From contig NC_042997.1 of the NCBI RefSeq assembly GCF_006345805.1, forward strand, positions 36,456,001-36,520,000: 64,000 nucleotides of DNA, in the 5' to 3' direction. The stretch is from Octopus sinensis. Its lineage: Eukaryota. Under the pieces are notes generated by a model that made no database searches, was not told the DNA's origin, and saw only the letters and a program-made list of their open reading frames with translations. Below, one piece after another: positions 51,086 through 63,336 of this stretch. The translations under genes were made by a program, and so were the position numbers. Every line of letters begins with the position of its first letter. The first letter of the stretch is position 1.

Positions 51086-52490
51086 GTAAATCAGTGTTGG
51101 TAAAAATGCACCGGAGTCTTTAGTCATCTATTAAGTCAAAACAAGGATCTCAGACAGATATTTTCCTTAAGATGTGCTCTGTGCCCCATAAAGCTGCTTT
51201 TTGCAAGACATCAGTCTTGCATGGGATTTCCAGTTGCCTTATGAAGTTTTGACGTTCCAATAGGATTGAGCCCAGCGCTCCGATCACCACAGGTATCACT
51301 TTTGCATTACAACCCCGTATTCCATACAGTCTTGCCATTTCCACTTTCAATTCGGAGTACTTTATGAGTTTTTCAACCTATTTACTCACAAGATGCATGT
51401 AATTTGGTATGGTTACATCAATGATCTGACAGTATTTTTTCTCTCTTATCCAATATGACAATATCCGTGTTAGATTACACTATCCGTCTGAAAATCATAG
51501 TCGCAGAGTATCTTTACTTTTCCCTCCTCCAGCATAACTTTATTTGGTAATACTCATACCAGTTCTCTGTTACTTCATATTGGTATTTACGGTATAAGAA
51601 CCAATGAAGATATACACACACTTTATAATGGCGGTGCTTGTATTCTTTTTGTACAAGGCTCTTACATCCACTTACCAATGGGTCACATTTTCCACACTCT
51701 TTCCACAGAGTCTGCATTTCTGGGTTTCATAAATTTCTTGGATGTTATACTTCACTGAAGTAGTAGAGAGTACAGCAATGATCAGGCTTTCAGTGGTACG
51801 CTTCAAATCCCCTCGCTCAAGCCATGCCTACGATGTTGTATTATCCTTATCATCTTGTGCATTCCTTTCAAATTGTCCATGCATTCTCATTCCAATGTCT
51901 TCTTTTCTCTGCTCCTCAGCTTTTGGTTAAACTCTTCCTTGCCCATCATTTCCTCTGCATTTACACCCATATTTTTCGCGGCATGTTACATCAGGTCTTC
52001 ATCACTATTCATCAAATACTCGGCAAGCGTTCTCCTTTCACTTTTTATACAATGGCCTTTACTAACTAGTCCTCAACCACCATTCTTTTTTTTCATATGC
52101 AATCTGTTGACATTTGCTTTAAGGTGTAGCGCCCTATACAGCGCCATTAAATTTCCTTTCCCATTCTTCTATCTAATGGTGATATTTCTTCCTTTGTGCA
52201 TTTAAGGATGGACGCACTATATCTGCTCACCGCAACTGTCCAGATATTCACTGCGGTAATTACATTTTTGGCATTTGGGTTCGATTTCAACACCATCTTA
52301 ACCCTTTTTTGATAAGCCTCGCTGACCTTGACTTCCATTTCTCTGTGTAGAATATCATTCAGTTCCAAAATCTCTAAATATCGATACCCACTAGCGTCGG
52401 GTGCACTCATGATCTCTCCTGATGGTAACCGCAATCCTCTGCAGGCTGCTTTCTTCCCTCTTTTCATATTAAGTACAGCCTCTGCATGCA
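51086..52490 (-). mobile_element. R4/Dong-clade LINE 3' 1.4 kb, flanked by (ATT)n on both sides
   Basis: YQKRVKMVLKSNPNAKNVITAVN, AWLERGDLKRTTESLIIA, CRLCGKS...SGCKSLVQKEYKHRH, (R/T)DIVILDK...IIDVTIP, VIPVVIGALG, LQKAALWGTEHILRK. Confidence 0.92.
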
Positions 52491-52579
52491 ACTATTATTA
52501 TTATTATTGTTGTTGTTGTTGTCGGTGATGGTGGTGGTTTTGCCTTTGTTGATATTGTTGTGGTTGTTGTGATTACTAT

Positions 52580-52795
52580 TAAGGCGCTGAGCTGGCAGAA
52601 TCATTAGCATGCCGGACAAAATCCGGCATTTCATCCATCTTTACATTCTGAGGTGTAATTCCATGGGGGACCATTTCGCCTTTTATCATTTTTTGTATCT
52701 TTAACATAAGTACCATTTGAGTACTTATTTCGATGTAATCGACTTAAACATCTTCCCGAAAATTCTGACTGTATGCTAAAATTTGAAACCAATAT
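52580..52795 (+). mobile_element. SINE family A, old copy
   Basis: aaggcgctgagctggcagaatc...cgatgtaatcgact...ccaatattt. Confidence 0.75.
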
Positions 52796-53095
52796 TTGAT
52801 GCATAGATACGTACGTAACTACAAAAAAGTCATGTCATCCATTACACTAAATTTCTAGATCTTTCCTTCTTTTACTGCCAATTTCGAGCAAAGTGACATG
52901 TGGCTAGTCGTTCGTACAAAATACGGTAAGATATGCACGTCCAAATACATAAATGGTACTTGATCTTAAGCTTCGTAAGTTAGAGACAAATGGTCATTAT
53001 ACTCGTAGAATTCGAACAGGGGGCATGAACAGAAAAGATTACAAGATTATATTTCGTCAGAAAATCTCACGGTTCCTCAACTCTATCGATCTTAT

Positions 53096-53499
53096 ACTAT
53101 TTACTCTTTTACTCTTTTATTTGTTTCAGTCATTTGACTGTGGCCATGCTGGAGCACCGCCCTTTAGTCGAGTAAATCGACTCCGGGACTTATTCTTTGT
53201 AAGCCTAGTACTTTTCTATCAATCTCTTTTGCTGAACCGCTAAGTTACGGGGACGTAAACACACCACCATCGGTTGTCAAGCAATGGTGGGGGAACAAAC
53301 ACAGACACACAAAAATATACATACACATACATATATATACATATATACGACGGACTTCTTCCAGTTTCCGTCTACCAAATCCACTCACAAGGATTTGGTC
53401 GGGCAGAGGCTATAGTAGAAGACATTTGCAAAAGGTGCCACGCAGTGGGAATGAACCCGGAACCATGTGGTTGGTAAGCAAGTTACTTACCACACAGCC
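53096..53499 (-). mobile_element. SINE family B, near full length
   Basis: tRNA-like head (GGCTGTGTGGTAAG...GGGTTCATTCCC on the minus strand); perfect 16-bp TSD actctatcgatcttat at 53080-53095 and 53500-53515. Confidence 0.93.
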
Positions 53500-53589
53500 A
53501 CTCTATCGATCTTATGTCAATAATGATATAGAATTGTAACGAAAATTGAAAAATAACCAGAAATATTAATAATGATAGCATACTTATAC

Positions 53590-53890
53590 TGTTATTGCTG
53601 CTGTTGCTACTGCTGTGACTGCTTCAGCCGCTGCTGCTGTGGCTGCTGCTGTAGCTGCTGCTGTGCTGCTGTCGCTACTGCTGTTGTTGCTGTTGCTGCT
53701 CAGGATGAGAAATGAATGTTATCATTGTGAAAATGATACCTAGATCGCCATGGTAATAGAATCGATGATGATAACAACAATGAAGAAGAGGAGGTGGAGA
53801 GGAAGGAAGAGGTGGAAGAGGCAGTAGATGAAGATGATGATCATGATGATGTAAATGATAAGGAGGACGGCAGCAAAGAAGAAAGACGAC
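53590..53890. repeat. Imperfect (CTG)n and (GAG/GAT)n low-complexity tracts
   Basis: Directly visible; no splice-site framed open frame. Confidence 0.85.
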
Positions 53891-54870
53891 GCGACATATG
53901 TGTGTGAGTGTGTGTGTTTGTTTGAATGTTAATGAAGATGCTGATGGCTATGATGGTGATGGCTATCGTGGTCATGATGAGAAAGCTGCTTCGGCTACAG
54001 GTGGTGGGGATGTCGTTTTTGAAGATAACCTGGAAACAATACAATGTATTGAGATTAAGAAAATAAAGAACGAAATATGTCATAACAAAAGGAAATATTT
54101 TGTTTGAAACAGATAGGAAATCGATTTAATTCATTGAAATATAAAATAAAATAAAAACGGAAAACGAAAACATTTTAAAAGAATTTTATACATACCAACT
54201 AATATTTGCAAATGTATATGAAAGAAAGAATATATATTTGCTGTTCGTCCTACATTTCATACACATACAGTAAAATAAAGAAGACTGCATCTATTTCGAC
54301 GATGAGCATTTCAACGAAACTGCTTTAGTTATTGAAAAAATCGTACAAGTGGGGAGCAATTTAACCGGATCTTGAACCTTTAGATTATTTCCTAAAAGGA
54401 ATCAGTGTGATGAAGAGATAAAACTGGTTTCTCGTATTGCAGATGCAGAATTTCAGACGTATTTTCACCGCTTCCGTCCCTTTTAACTGTCGGATCCATG
54501 GTTCAGGACAACAAGCCATAACATTGTAATCGGAATTATATCCCCATCATTGAAAAAAAAAAATTACCACAGCTGTCTCTCTTGTTGTCTTTCTCTTTTA
54601 TACCCACAAACACACGCCTATTAACACACATGCACAATCCCTCAAAGTATACGCATACGTATATATATGTCACGCTGTCACTATCTCCTTGTATGCCAGT
54701 AAGAATTACATGTCCAATTTTCTTTTACTCTAAGTTTGAAAGTCGTTATTTTTTATTCTGACAATTCTTTTTTTTACAACATTGAAGAGTTACATCATCA
54801 CTTTTCGAAATGCAATTCATGCTGTCTATATATTATGAGTTTTCTCTTGCAAATCAATCTTTGTGAACCC

Positions 54871-55620
54871 ATGGATAGATCAATCATTTGTGTTGCTTAT
54901 GAGTATGAGTTCTGTCATGGAACCAATGCACCCCAGACAGGTGTATGGTGAAGATGTGGCGAATGAGCGCATTGTACGTCGATGGTTATAGAATTTCCGG
55001 TCTGTTGACTTTACTCTTGAAGAACAGCCCCGTGGTAGACCTGAGACCTAGGTGGATACTGATGAGTTGGAAACTGTAGTTGAAGCAAGTGGATACATCT
55101 CAAACTACACATGAGTTAGCAGCCAGGTTTGATGTTTGGATTCAATATGTATTGGAACATTAGAAACAAATCGGCAAAGTAAATAAGCTGGACAAGTTGT
55201 ACCACACAAACTGAACGATCATCAAATGAAACGTCGTCTTGAAACTTACTGTACATTGCAGTCACGACATAAAAGTGAACCAATTTTGCATGGTATACTT
55301 ACGTGTGATGAAAACTGGATTCTTTTAAACAATAACTAGCGTTCTGCACAGTGGTTTGATAAAGACGAAGTGCCAAACACAATCCAAAACAAAGAAAATT
55401 CACGTAAAAATAGTGTCTGTTTGTTGGTCCAGCGCTGGTGGTCCATTGCTTCATGAGAGCTGGTAAGTCAATTACAGTGGATGTAAACCTCAACCAATTA
55501 GGTGAAATGATGAGTGGGCTTGCAATTAAAGAACCGAGATTGGTCAATAGAGACATACCAATAATCTTGCAAGACAATGGTCGACCACCAGCGCCGGACC
55601 AACAAAATCGGACATTTCAT
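54871..55620 (+). pseudogene. Second mariner transposase pseudogene, 3'-truncated, different subfamily from 19223
   Basis: MDRSIICVAYEYEF, LEEQPRGRPE, VPHKLNDHQ, ILTCDENWIL, IILQDNGRP; TIRs not resolved. Confidence 0.88.
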
Positions 55621-55630
55621 TCTTAATGAC

Positions 55631-55695
<65 letters not shown>

Positions 55696-55784
55696 TGTGT
55701 GTGTGTGGTGTGTGTGCGTGCGTGCGTGTGAATTTGCACTTATGATTATGAGTGTGTGTGAATGCGTGCGTGTATATAAATACA

Positions 55785-55821
<37 letters not shown>

Positions 55822-55824
<3 letters not shown>

Positions 55825-55991
55825 ATATTATATTGAGGGTACTACTATTCGTAGATACCAACACGCTAAGAGAGACCAATGCGGTCAAAACTACTAAAAA
55901 TAAACAAGTTTATTTTTAGTAGTTTTGACCGCATTGGTCCCTCTTAGCGTGTTGGTATCTACGAATAGTAGTACCCTCAATATAATATAAA
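55822..55991. repeat. 170-bp near-perfect palindrome (84-bp arms, 2-nt loop, 1 mismatch)
   Basis: Arms 55822-55905 and 55908-55991. Confidence 0.96.
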
Positions 55992-56096
55992 TGAATATTT
56001 TCAAAGAGGAAGAATTTACGGATTTTTTCTCTTACGAGGTTTTTCACGCTGACTACTGATAATTTCTTTTAAAGATTTTATCCTCAATTGTTAATT

Positions 56097-56127
<31 letters not shown>

Positions 56128-56214
56128 GTATGTTTGTATCCATGTATGTATGCATGTATGCATGTATGTATGCATGTGTGCATTTTAAACATTAAATGGA
56201 GTTCTGTTACTCGA

Positions 56215-56630
56215 AACACAGCTATCCTGGCATATACAGGCATCACCTCAATTAAATCAGTGATTTTGAATAACCAAAATGTGATGGTGCAGTCTTTTTG
56301 CTTCAATGGGGGATGAACGCAAACCTAATCAGCATTCTTATGGTGAGCTTACAGAGGAGAAACGCCAACGGCGTAAACCTAAAGAACGGACTACTATGAA
56401 GCCATTTGAAATGAATCCGGAGGACATAGCATCCCTTGCTTCGGATTGAGCTTAGTGGCAAACAAAAGTGTGGAGTGGAGTGAAAGCGTTTGAAGAGGCC
56501 AGGATAACGCATGCAAGACTCAAGAGAGAATGTGAATCACAATGACATTTTCCCGCACTGTTTGTGACAGACCATGACTTTCTTTTGCTGGGCTCAAATC
56601 TCATTTGCGAACCCATGTAAACGAACCTCC
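56215..56630 (+). mobile_element. RTE-clade LINE 3' fragment
   Basis: YGELTEEKRQRRKPKER, ASD*A*WQTKVWSGVKAFEEAR, C-terminal zinc finger ..VCDR...FAGLKSHLRTH. Confidence 0.82.
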
Positions 56631-58056
56631 ACTAACAATTCTGCCTATTCTATTCTGTGCACACCTTTCAATGCAATGTATGCCAAAAGGTTTGAAAATC
56701 TAATAGAGGCCTCAAAAGACATTTTAAGCTCCACAGAGATTAGAACTTAACTGCGGCTCTTTGTGGTCTAAATCGGATATACAATCTATATGGGTGTCTT
56801 TTCAAAATTGTTTCTGGTTTTAAAAGCCACATCGGATGTCATGACGGTTCTAAAGTGTAGGCACAAGGATTAGACCACCACCATGTATGTATGCATATAT
56901 ACATATATGTATGTATGTATTCATGCATTTATATATATATGTGTGCATGCATTTATGTTTGCACCTATATATACATATCTGCGTGTAGGAGTATGACCGG
57001 CTGTATGTACGAGAATGTGTATATAGATGTATGTGCTTTGTTTGAGAGGGAATAAAATTGTTGTTTTATATATTTTTTTGTCATTATTCGTACAGAAACA
57101 TGCACGTTTATGTTGTGCTTAGCAAAATAATGCTACTTTTTACTTACTGTTATTCCATAAATAAAATGTTACAGAAGCTATTTATCCATGGTTGAATGTT
57201 GTGTACTTAATGAATTGATACTAATATTGGATTTCGACCTAAATATGTCGATCACTCGTTTCTATAATCCTAAGTGTAAAATTATTACTGTGTACTTAAA
57301 AGAAGAACTATGATGTGACTACAAGCTATAAACCTTTCCATTTGTGTTATGTTGCACATTAAAAATAATTATTGGAAGGAAAGCAGAAAAAAAATACGAC
57401 GTCATAAATACCAATGAAAGCGATCACCCTCGGTTGGAGATGACATAACTCATGCAGTCAAACAATATTAAGACAGCAAAGATGAGGTATAGGCTTCATT
57501 ATGATTCCGTAGTCACTTCTCCATTCAAGTATTTAATTTTTCGTGGCAAATTTATGCCACAAAATTGCAATGCTACTCTTAATATAATACGTGTCTGCAG
57601 CACAAAGATGCTGTATTCGACTTAGAAAATTCAGAGCAAGAAAAAGAAAAAAAAAGAGAAGAAAATATGCCGGTTCTATGGAGGGAATTTTTCACGCGCC
57701 TGCTTAAGTCCTCCCAGTTATGTGCCCATATAGCGCGGTAACGCGGGGCATTCCATCGCTACTAATCTAAGAAAGAATCCTCAATGTCCTAGATAAACTT
57801 GTGATATAGGTTAAAAGAACTGATGCTTTAACCTTTAGGGCTATGTCGGGAAATATATGCGAATGTATATACATATACATACATAAAATATAATAATCTG
57901 AGGATTTAAATGCGAATCTCTGTAAGTTACATTTTGGAGAGGACAGTGATCGTATGAGTTTGTATGATGTGCTCTATACTTTCCTGCAAAAGTTCAGTCT
58001 CAGAAAATAAGTGTTGTTTTCCTTTGTTCTGTTAGAAGGGTAACTAACAATTGCCG

Positions 58057-58566
58057 TATCGTTGAGAGTATGGATGATGAAATTACTGTTGGACTGGTAC
58101 TTGTTCACATATTCAGTCTTGGACTCATTGAGGTAAAGACCTACACAATTTCAGGCTGATTCAAGAGATTGTAAAAGAGACTGGGCATTGGAGAGAGAAT
58201 CACTGATAAGAGCGTTGTCGTCAGCAAAGTCAGTACCTGTTAAGTATTCAGCTGGGTGTCTGGAACTTTTTCTACCCCTTACCAGAAATATATGGGAAAC
58301 TAGCAACTGTATCATCTCTTGTGAAAAGTAAGAAGAGTCCAGTTTGCTGGACATTGTTGTAGAGCTGAAAACGAAGTAATTTCTACTCTTCTCCTCTGGA
58401 AGCCATCTGCTCGTGATACCAGAGTGCGCACACTGTCCTACTCTGTTGTAATCTCCAGGGATACAGGTATCCAGCTACAGGAACTCTGTAATGCTATGAT
58501 GGACCGTGAAGTCTGGCGTAACATATTAAATTCCATTGTATCGACCACGGTCGAACAATGATGATG
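58057..58566 (+). mobile_element. RTE-clade LINE insertion with 5'-inverted segment
   Basis: 58057-58283 minus: SSRHPAEYLTGTDFADDNALIS...VGLYLNESKTEY; 58284-58566 plus: IYGKL...RRVQFAGHC...LLWKP...DREVWR plus (TGA)n tail; 11-bp TSD aacaattgccg at 58046-58056 and 58567-58577. Confidence 0.92.
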
Positions 58567-60079
58567 AACAATTGCCGATGGTGAAACCTAAAAAAATTCT
58601 TAGACTGAATGCCAATTCCTGTGACTGTAATGTTCGCCACTTCGAGAATAACAAAATCGAGAAACTTTTATCTTGTGAAAATTTCTAATCTCGAGTCCAC
58701 TTTCAGGAACACGCAGACTGCTCTTCCATGAATGGAAGAATGAATGGCGTAAATCACATAAGACCATATAGGTTTTCAACATACAATATATTACATTACA
58801 ATTTTTTAGTAAATTTTTCATCAGGACTAGAATAAAATAATTACATGATCATTACTATTATCGTAGTAGAATGAACTTAAGGGGAAAATACCCAAAACCT
58901 ACTATAATTTGAAGTGGCAGTAGAGAATAACCTTCTTATATTCTTTAAAATGTTTTCATAATGATGGAAAATTTGTATATAATTATATTTTTCCATGAAG
59001 TTTAAATACGTTTATCTGTTAGAGAATAGATTATCTTCTTTTTTTTACCATTAACCTTTGGTTTTCAGTCAATGGAAACTGTGTACCCCTTCTCGGATGA
59101 AATTTGAATTTAATTACAGGTTCATTGTTGAATACGTTTATGTGACCACCTTAAAAATATGCCTGGATGAAGTATTATGAGGTTTCTATATTATTTAAAA
59201 GTACGCCATATTTTAGGGATTAGATTGGTTTATCTATCTCTTACTTCTCTTACTTGGTCCTTAAATCTCATTCTAAATTTTAATTTTAAATATACAAAAT
59301 ATAATCTAAATTTTGCTAAATTTGCATAAACAATTTTCTCCCTGTTCCCTTAAAGCACATTTAGATCTCGTTTAAACCTCTTGCTTTCTATTTAATGTCC
59401 CTTTTAATTGATAATCATAATATAGTTTAAGTCACCCCTGTCCTTCCTCCTTCTGAATATATACCATTGTCTTACTGGCATCTTCTGAGGCACGTTTGTT
59501 TTATGTAGTAATGGCGAATTTATAGACAAAGTAAGAGAGGGGTAGGGAATAATATCAGATATTAATTAATTTAGCACCGCCAGGAACTTGAATGTCAATT
59601 CCCAGTGGTTATATTTCTAAGTGGATGGAGATTATTAGCGACATTCGATATTCTGATTGTGATAAGAAGGAAGATGAATGTATGTATATTACCATTTCTT
59701 GAATCCCATTGTCATTCTCTTCTCCTACGCTAAATTATAGAAGGCTTTGTGTATTTTCTAAGTTCATTCAGCTGCAATAATACTGATAAGCATGTAATTC
59801 ATTTATTCTTCTGTACTGATGAAAAATTGTTGATAAAAAACGTATAATGGAGTATCCTGTATGGTGAAAAACTATATGGTGCTATGCATCCAAGGAAAGT
59901 GGGTTATTTCAAATTCCCTTAATGGACTACATAGATCCGATTGAAGCAGCTGTAATGCAGTAATACCTGGTCAACCAGTTACTTGTATGCTTTATATTCA
60001 TACGCCCAACTTCAAGGTGTGCGGACAATACAGGATGACATGGTGCCTTATAATAAGTACCTTTGAATGTTCCCTCTCT

Positions 60080-60126
60080 CTCTCACTCACTCACTATCAC
60101 TTCTTTTCTCTCTATATATATATATG

Positions 60127-60181
<55 letters not shown>

Positions 60182-60273
60182 ATGCATATATGCATGTGTA
60201 AATATAACATGACAATATATATGTGTATATAATTCAATATATATATATACATGAAATTACACACACACACACA

Positions 60274-60313
<40 letters not shown>

Positions 60314-60588
60314 TAATAGTAGGTTAATAATTTGTATGTAAATATATATGTAAAAATATATTTGTATATATATATATGTATATATGTATTGTAAGATGCC
60401 TTTAATACTTAATTCAAAACATTTAAACTGCTATATATTACACTTATACATATTTACATATATTTTTATACATATTATATTTTTAATACAACAATTTTTT
60501 TAACATCATATGGCTTTCTGAAGAATTTCTAATATTGTTTTCCTGATACTAATTATAATATATTATTAAAAATATGTATATGTATATG

Positions 60589-60630
<42 letters not shown>

Positions 60631-60660
60631 TATATATAATATACATACATATATATATAA

Positions 60661-60702
<42 letters not shown>

Positions 60703-60850
60703 ATGTATATATATAATATATATATATATGTATATATATATATGCATAATACATATATGTATATATATATATATATATATGGTGTGTGTGTGTATATATA
60801 TGCATAATTAATATATATATGTTATATATATATATATATATATAAAGGGG
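60080..60850. repeat. Large (TA)n/(CA)n/(TG)n compound microsatellite field
   Basis: Directly visible. Confidence 0.95.
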
Positions 60851-60869
60851 TGATTAATTTTTTGTACTG

Positions 60870-61165
60870 GTGTGAGAGATACAGTGATAGATATTTTTGG
60901 TCATTCCAACAGTGTTCTTAATTCGAACAATGTTTGCACAACTCCCACACATCAAGTGCAAGATATCTTTTCACTATATACACGATTCTACTTGAATAAT
61001 GGAACTTCAAATAAAATTTCCTTATGTATCTCACTTCTAAATTCATTTCTTATTTCCTCTGTATTTCATATTTTCTCTACAATAATTAATGCGCAAAAAC
61101 TTTGGCACACCGACGCTGATGAGGGGATATATAGCATATCCCACAAACATTGGTGAGACCTTTTC
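60870..61165 (+). mobile_element. Probable Penelope-like terminus with hammerhead remnant
   Basis: CTGATGA 61116-61122, stem GGGATAT/ATATCCC, then cacaaac in place of cgaaac. Confidence 0.5.
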
Positions 61166-61299
61166 TTTATAAATGTTCTGAAATCAGTTTACAGCCTTGT
61201 AATTTTAATTCCATTCTGTCAATATACATAGATAGATATAATTACATATATGCATATATATATAGAGAGACATATATCAATTAAGAAGTGGAGTGTTAA

Positions 61300-61990
61300 A
61301 CGCATGTGTTATTCAAATCTTTATGCGTCCTCAATACGTTTCGAAAAAAAAACATTAGTATTATTCCCGAGGTTATAAAAGAATGTAAATCAATGTAATC
61401 ATCTTGTCAGGTTAAAGAGAGACGCAAAACTCATCAATAAGCCATTTAAAAAACCGTTAATAGAATTAACGTCAAAGACAATTTAGAGAAAGAGAAGGAG
61501 GAGAAAAAAGAAATTAACAGTAAATAGACAGTGGAGAATTTTAGCTCCATAAATGAGTGGAAATATAGCTTAAAGGTGTTTAAATAGATGTATGTGGTGG
61601 AAATGAAAAGTAAGGAAACCGTCAAAAGCTGATTAGTATATATTAGTAGAAACTACATATAGGAATTAACGCTAAGTTTCTGCCAATGTTTGCAAAGATA
61701 AACACATTCTTTAAACGTATTTAGATGAGAATTATCAAGAACAGACGGTGATATTGTTCTTCGGTACAGAGCTGACAAAAGGATTTACCTTTATCATATG
61801 GAAAGGATCTAGATAGAATTTTGCATTCAAAACCAAATTTCTTATTATATTCCTTTTGAAACCAAATTAATTTACTAAGCCCAGTATTGTTGCATTTCTT
61901 GATATCTCTAAATGTATAGTAATGGTTAGATATTCTTTTGAACAAATGAGAAGAAGAACTATCTCTGTTACAAATAAATAGACATCAGAA
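61300..61990 (-). mobile_element. Penelope-like element 3' part (GIY-YIG C-terminus plus UTR)
   Basis: FKRISNHYYTFR...NTGLSKLIW...KILSRSFPYDKGKSFCQLCTEE, LNTFKECVYLCKHW. Confidence 0.85.
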
Positions 61991-62206
61991 CCAGAATTAA
62001 TTTTAAATTGATAAACAGAATTTCTAGTCTTAGAATTACTGCAAATTACTGCGATTCGAATTTATATAAGAAATACTAATATTGTTATTATTGTTCAAAC
62101 AATGGTTAGCATTAATAATAACAATGTTATTATTTTCATTAAATGGGCTTGTATCTAACAAGGTATTGTTAAATATAGAGATCCGTATATATCTTTACAC
62201 ACACAC

Positions 62207-62244
<38 letters not shown>

Positions 62245-62245
<1 letters not shown>

Positions 62246-63290
62246 ATAGTTAAAAATATATGCATATATACAAACATATATGGACGTACCTACATCTACA
62301 TGTATATATACATGCATATATAAATAAATATACGTAAGTACAGGACGCCACAACAAGATGTAGAAACGGGAAAAACAAAAACTTTAACGAAAATTTAACA
62401 AAAAATGTTTAGGCTAGGAGTGGTCAGGTTCGTTTCGATTTGTAGGTTCGTTCCACTTCTTGTCTCCATTTAACATTTTATATAAATATTTAAGACGCGC
62501 AATTCTCTCCCTTTCATTTACCCTCTCCACTCACTCTCCCTCTCACTCTTCCCCTTTTCTCTCTCTTAGCCGCGTGTCCCCCTCCTCCTTCCTTCTTTCT
62601 CACTCCCAGCCTAAACATTTCTCTCTTTCGCACGCCGCCTCTGCTACTGAAAAGTCTTGCTTTCCACACGCTGCCACACAACATCTTTCGTCTAGCCAAA
62701 AAAAGGCCTTTTTCGTCTGTTTGGTTTTTCTCATTTGTACTCGTGTTTGTTTGATTTCCCGTATTGTATTCCCTTTATATTTCTCGTCTTGTATTTTTTT
62801 GTACATGTATTTTTATCTTGTATTTTATTGTGCAGTGTTATTGTTACATCCTGTTTGTTTTCTTACCCGTTTTACCCCGCTGCTTGGAATTTTATTTTAA
62901 TTCTCTCGCAGGAAGGCCTAGTTAACGAGTGTCCTGTCTTGCCTTCGAAACACGCCTGAGTTAACTAGCGACAGCTGATGACGGTGGATTTTTCCTTGTG
63001 CAGCTTGTCCTGTACTTGTTTTCTTGTAAAACACTTTTGGATTTTTCCTTGTGTAGCCTGTCCTGTACTTGTCGTTAAATTTTTGTTTTTCCCGTTTCTA
63101 CGTCTTGTTGTGGCGTCCTGTACTTACGTATATTTATTTATATATGCATGTATATATACATGTAGATGTAGGTACGTACATATATGTTTGTATGTATGCA
63201 TATATTTTTAATTATCACATTATTGTCTGACAGCGCCCCGCGTCTGGTTCGTTTCGATTTGTCGGTTCGTTCCACTTCTTGTCTCCATTT

Positions 63291-63300
<10 letters not shown>
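62245..63300. mobile_element. Probable Penelope-like terminal module with inverted and direct repeats
   Basis: ~145-bp inverted repeat 62245-62390 / 63072-63216; 47-bp direct repeat 62427-62473 / 63246-63292; hammerhead-like aaggc...gcctt-c-GAAAC at 62905-62960. Confidence 0.55.

Positions 63301-63336
<36 letters not shown>

Noticed and set aside
53590-53890. Poly-Ala/Gln and acidic coding-like tracts
   Set aside because: Imperfect trinucleotide repeats with stops and no splice framing
57601-57741. 46-codon + frame HKDAVFDLENSEQEKEKKREENMPVLWREFF... after gtctgcag|
   Set aside because: Weak polypyrimidine tract, A-run driven composition, no homology
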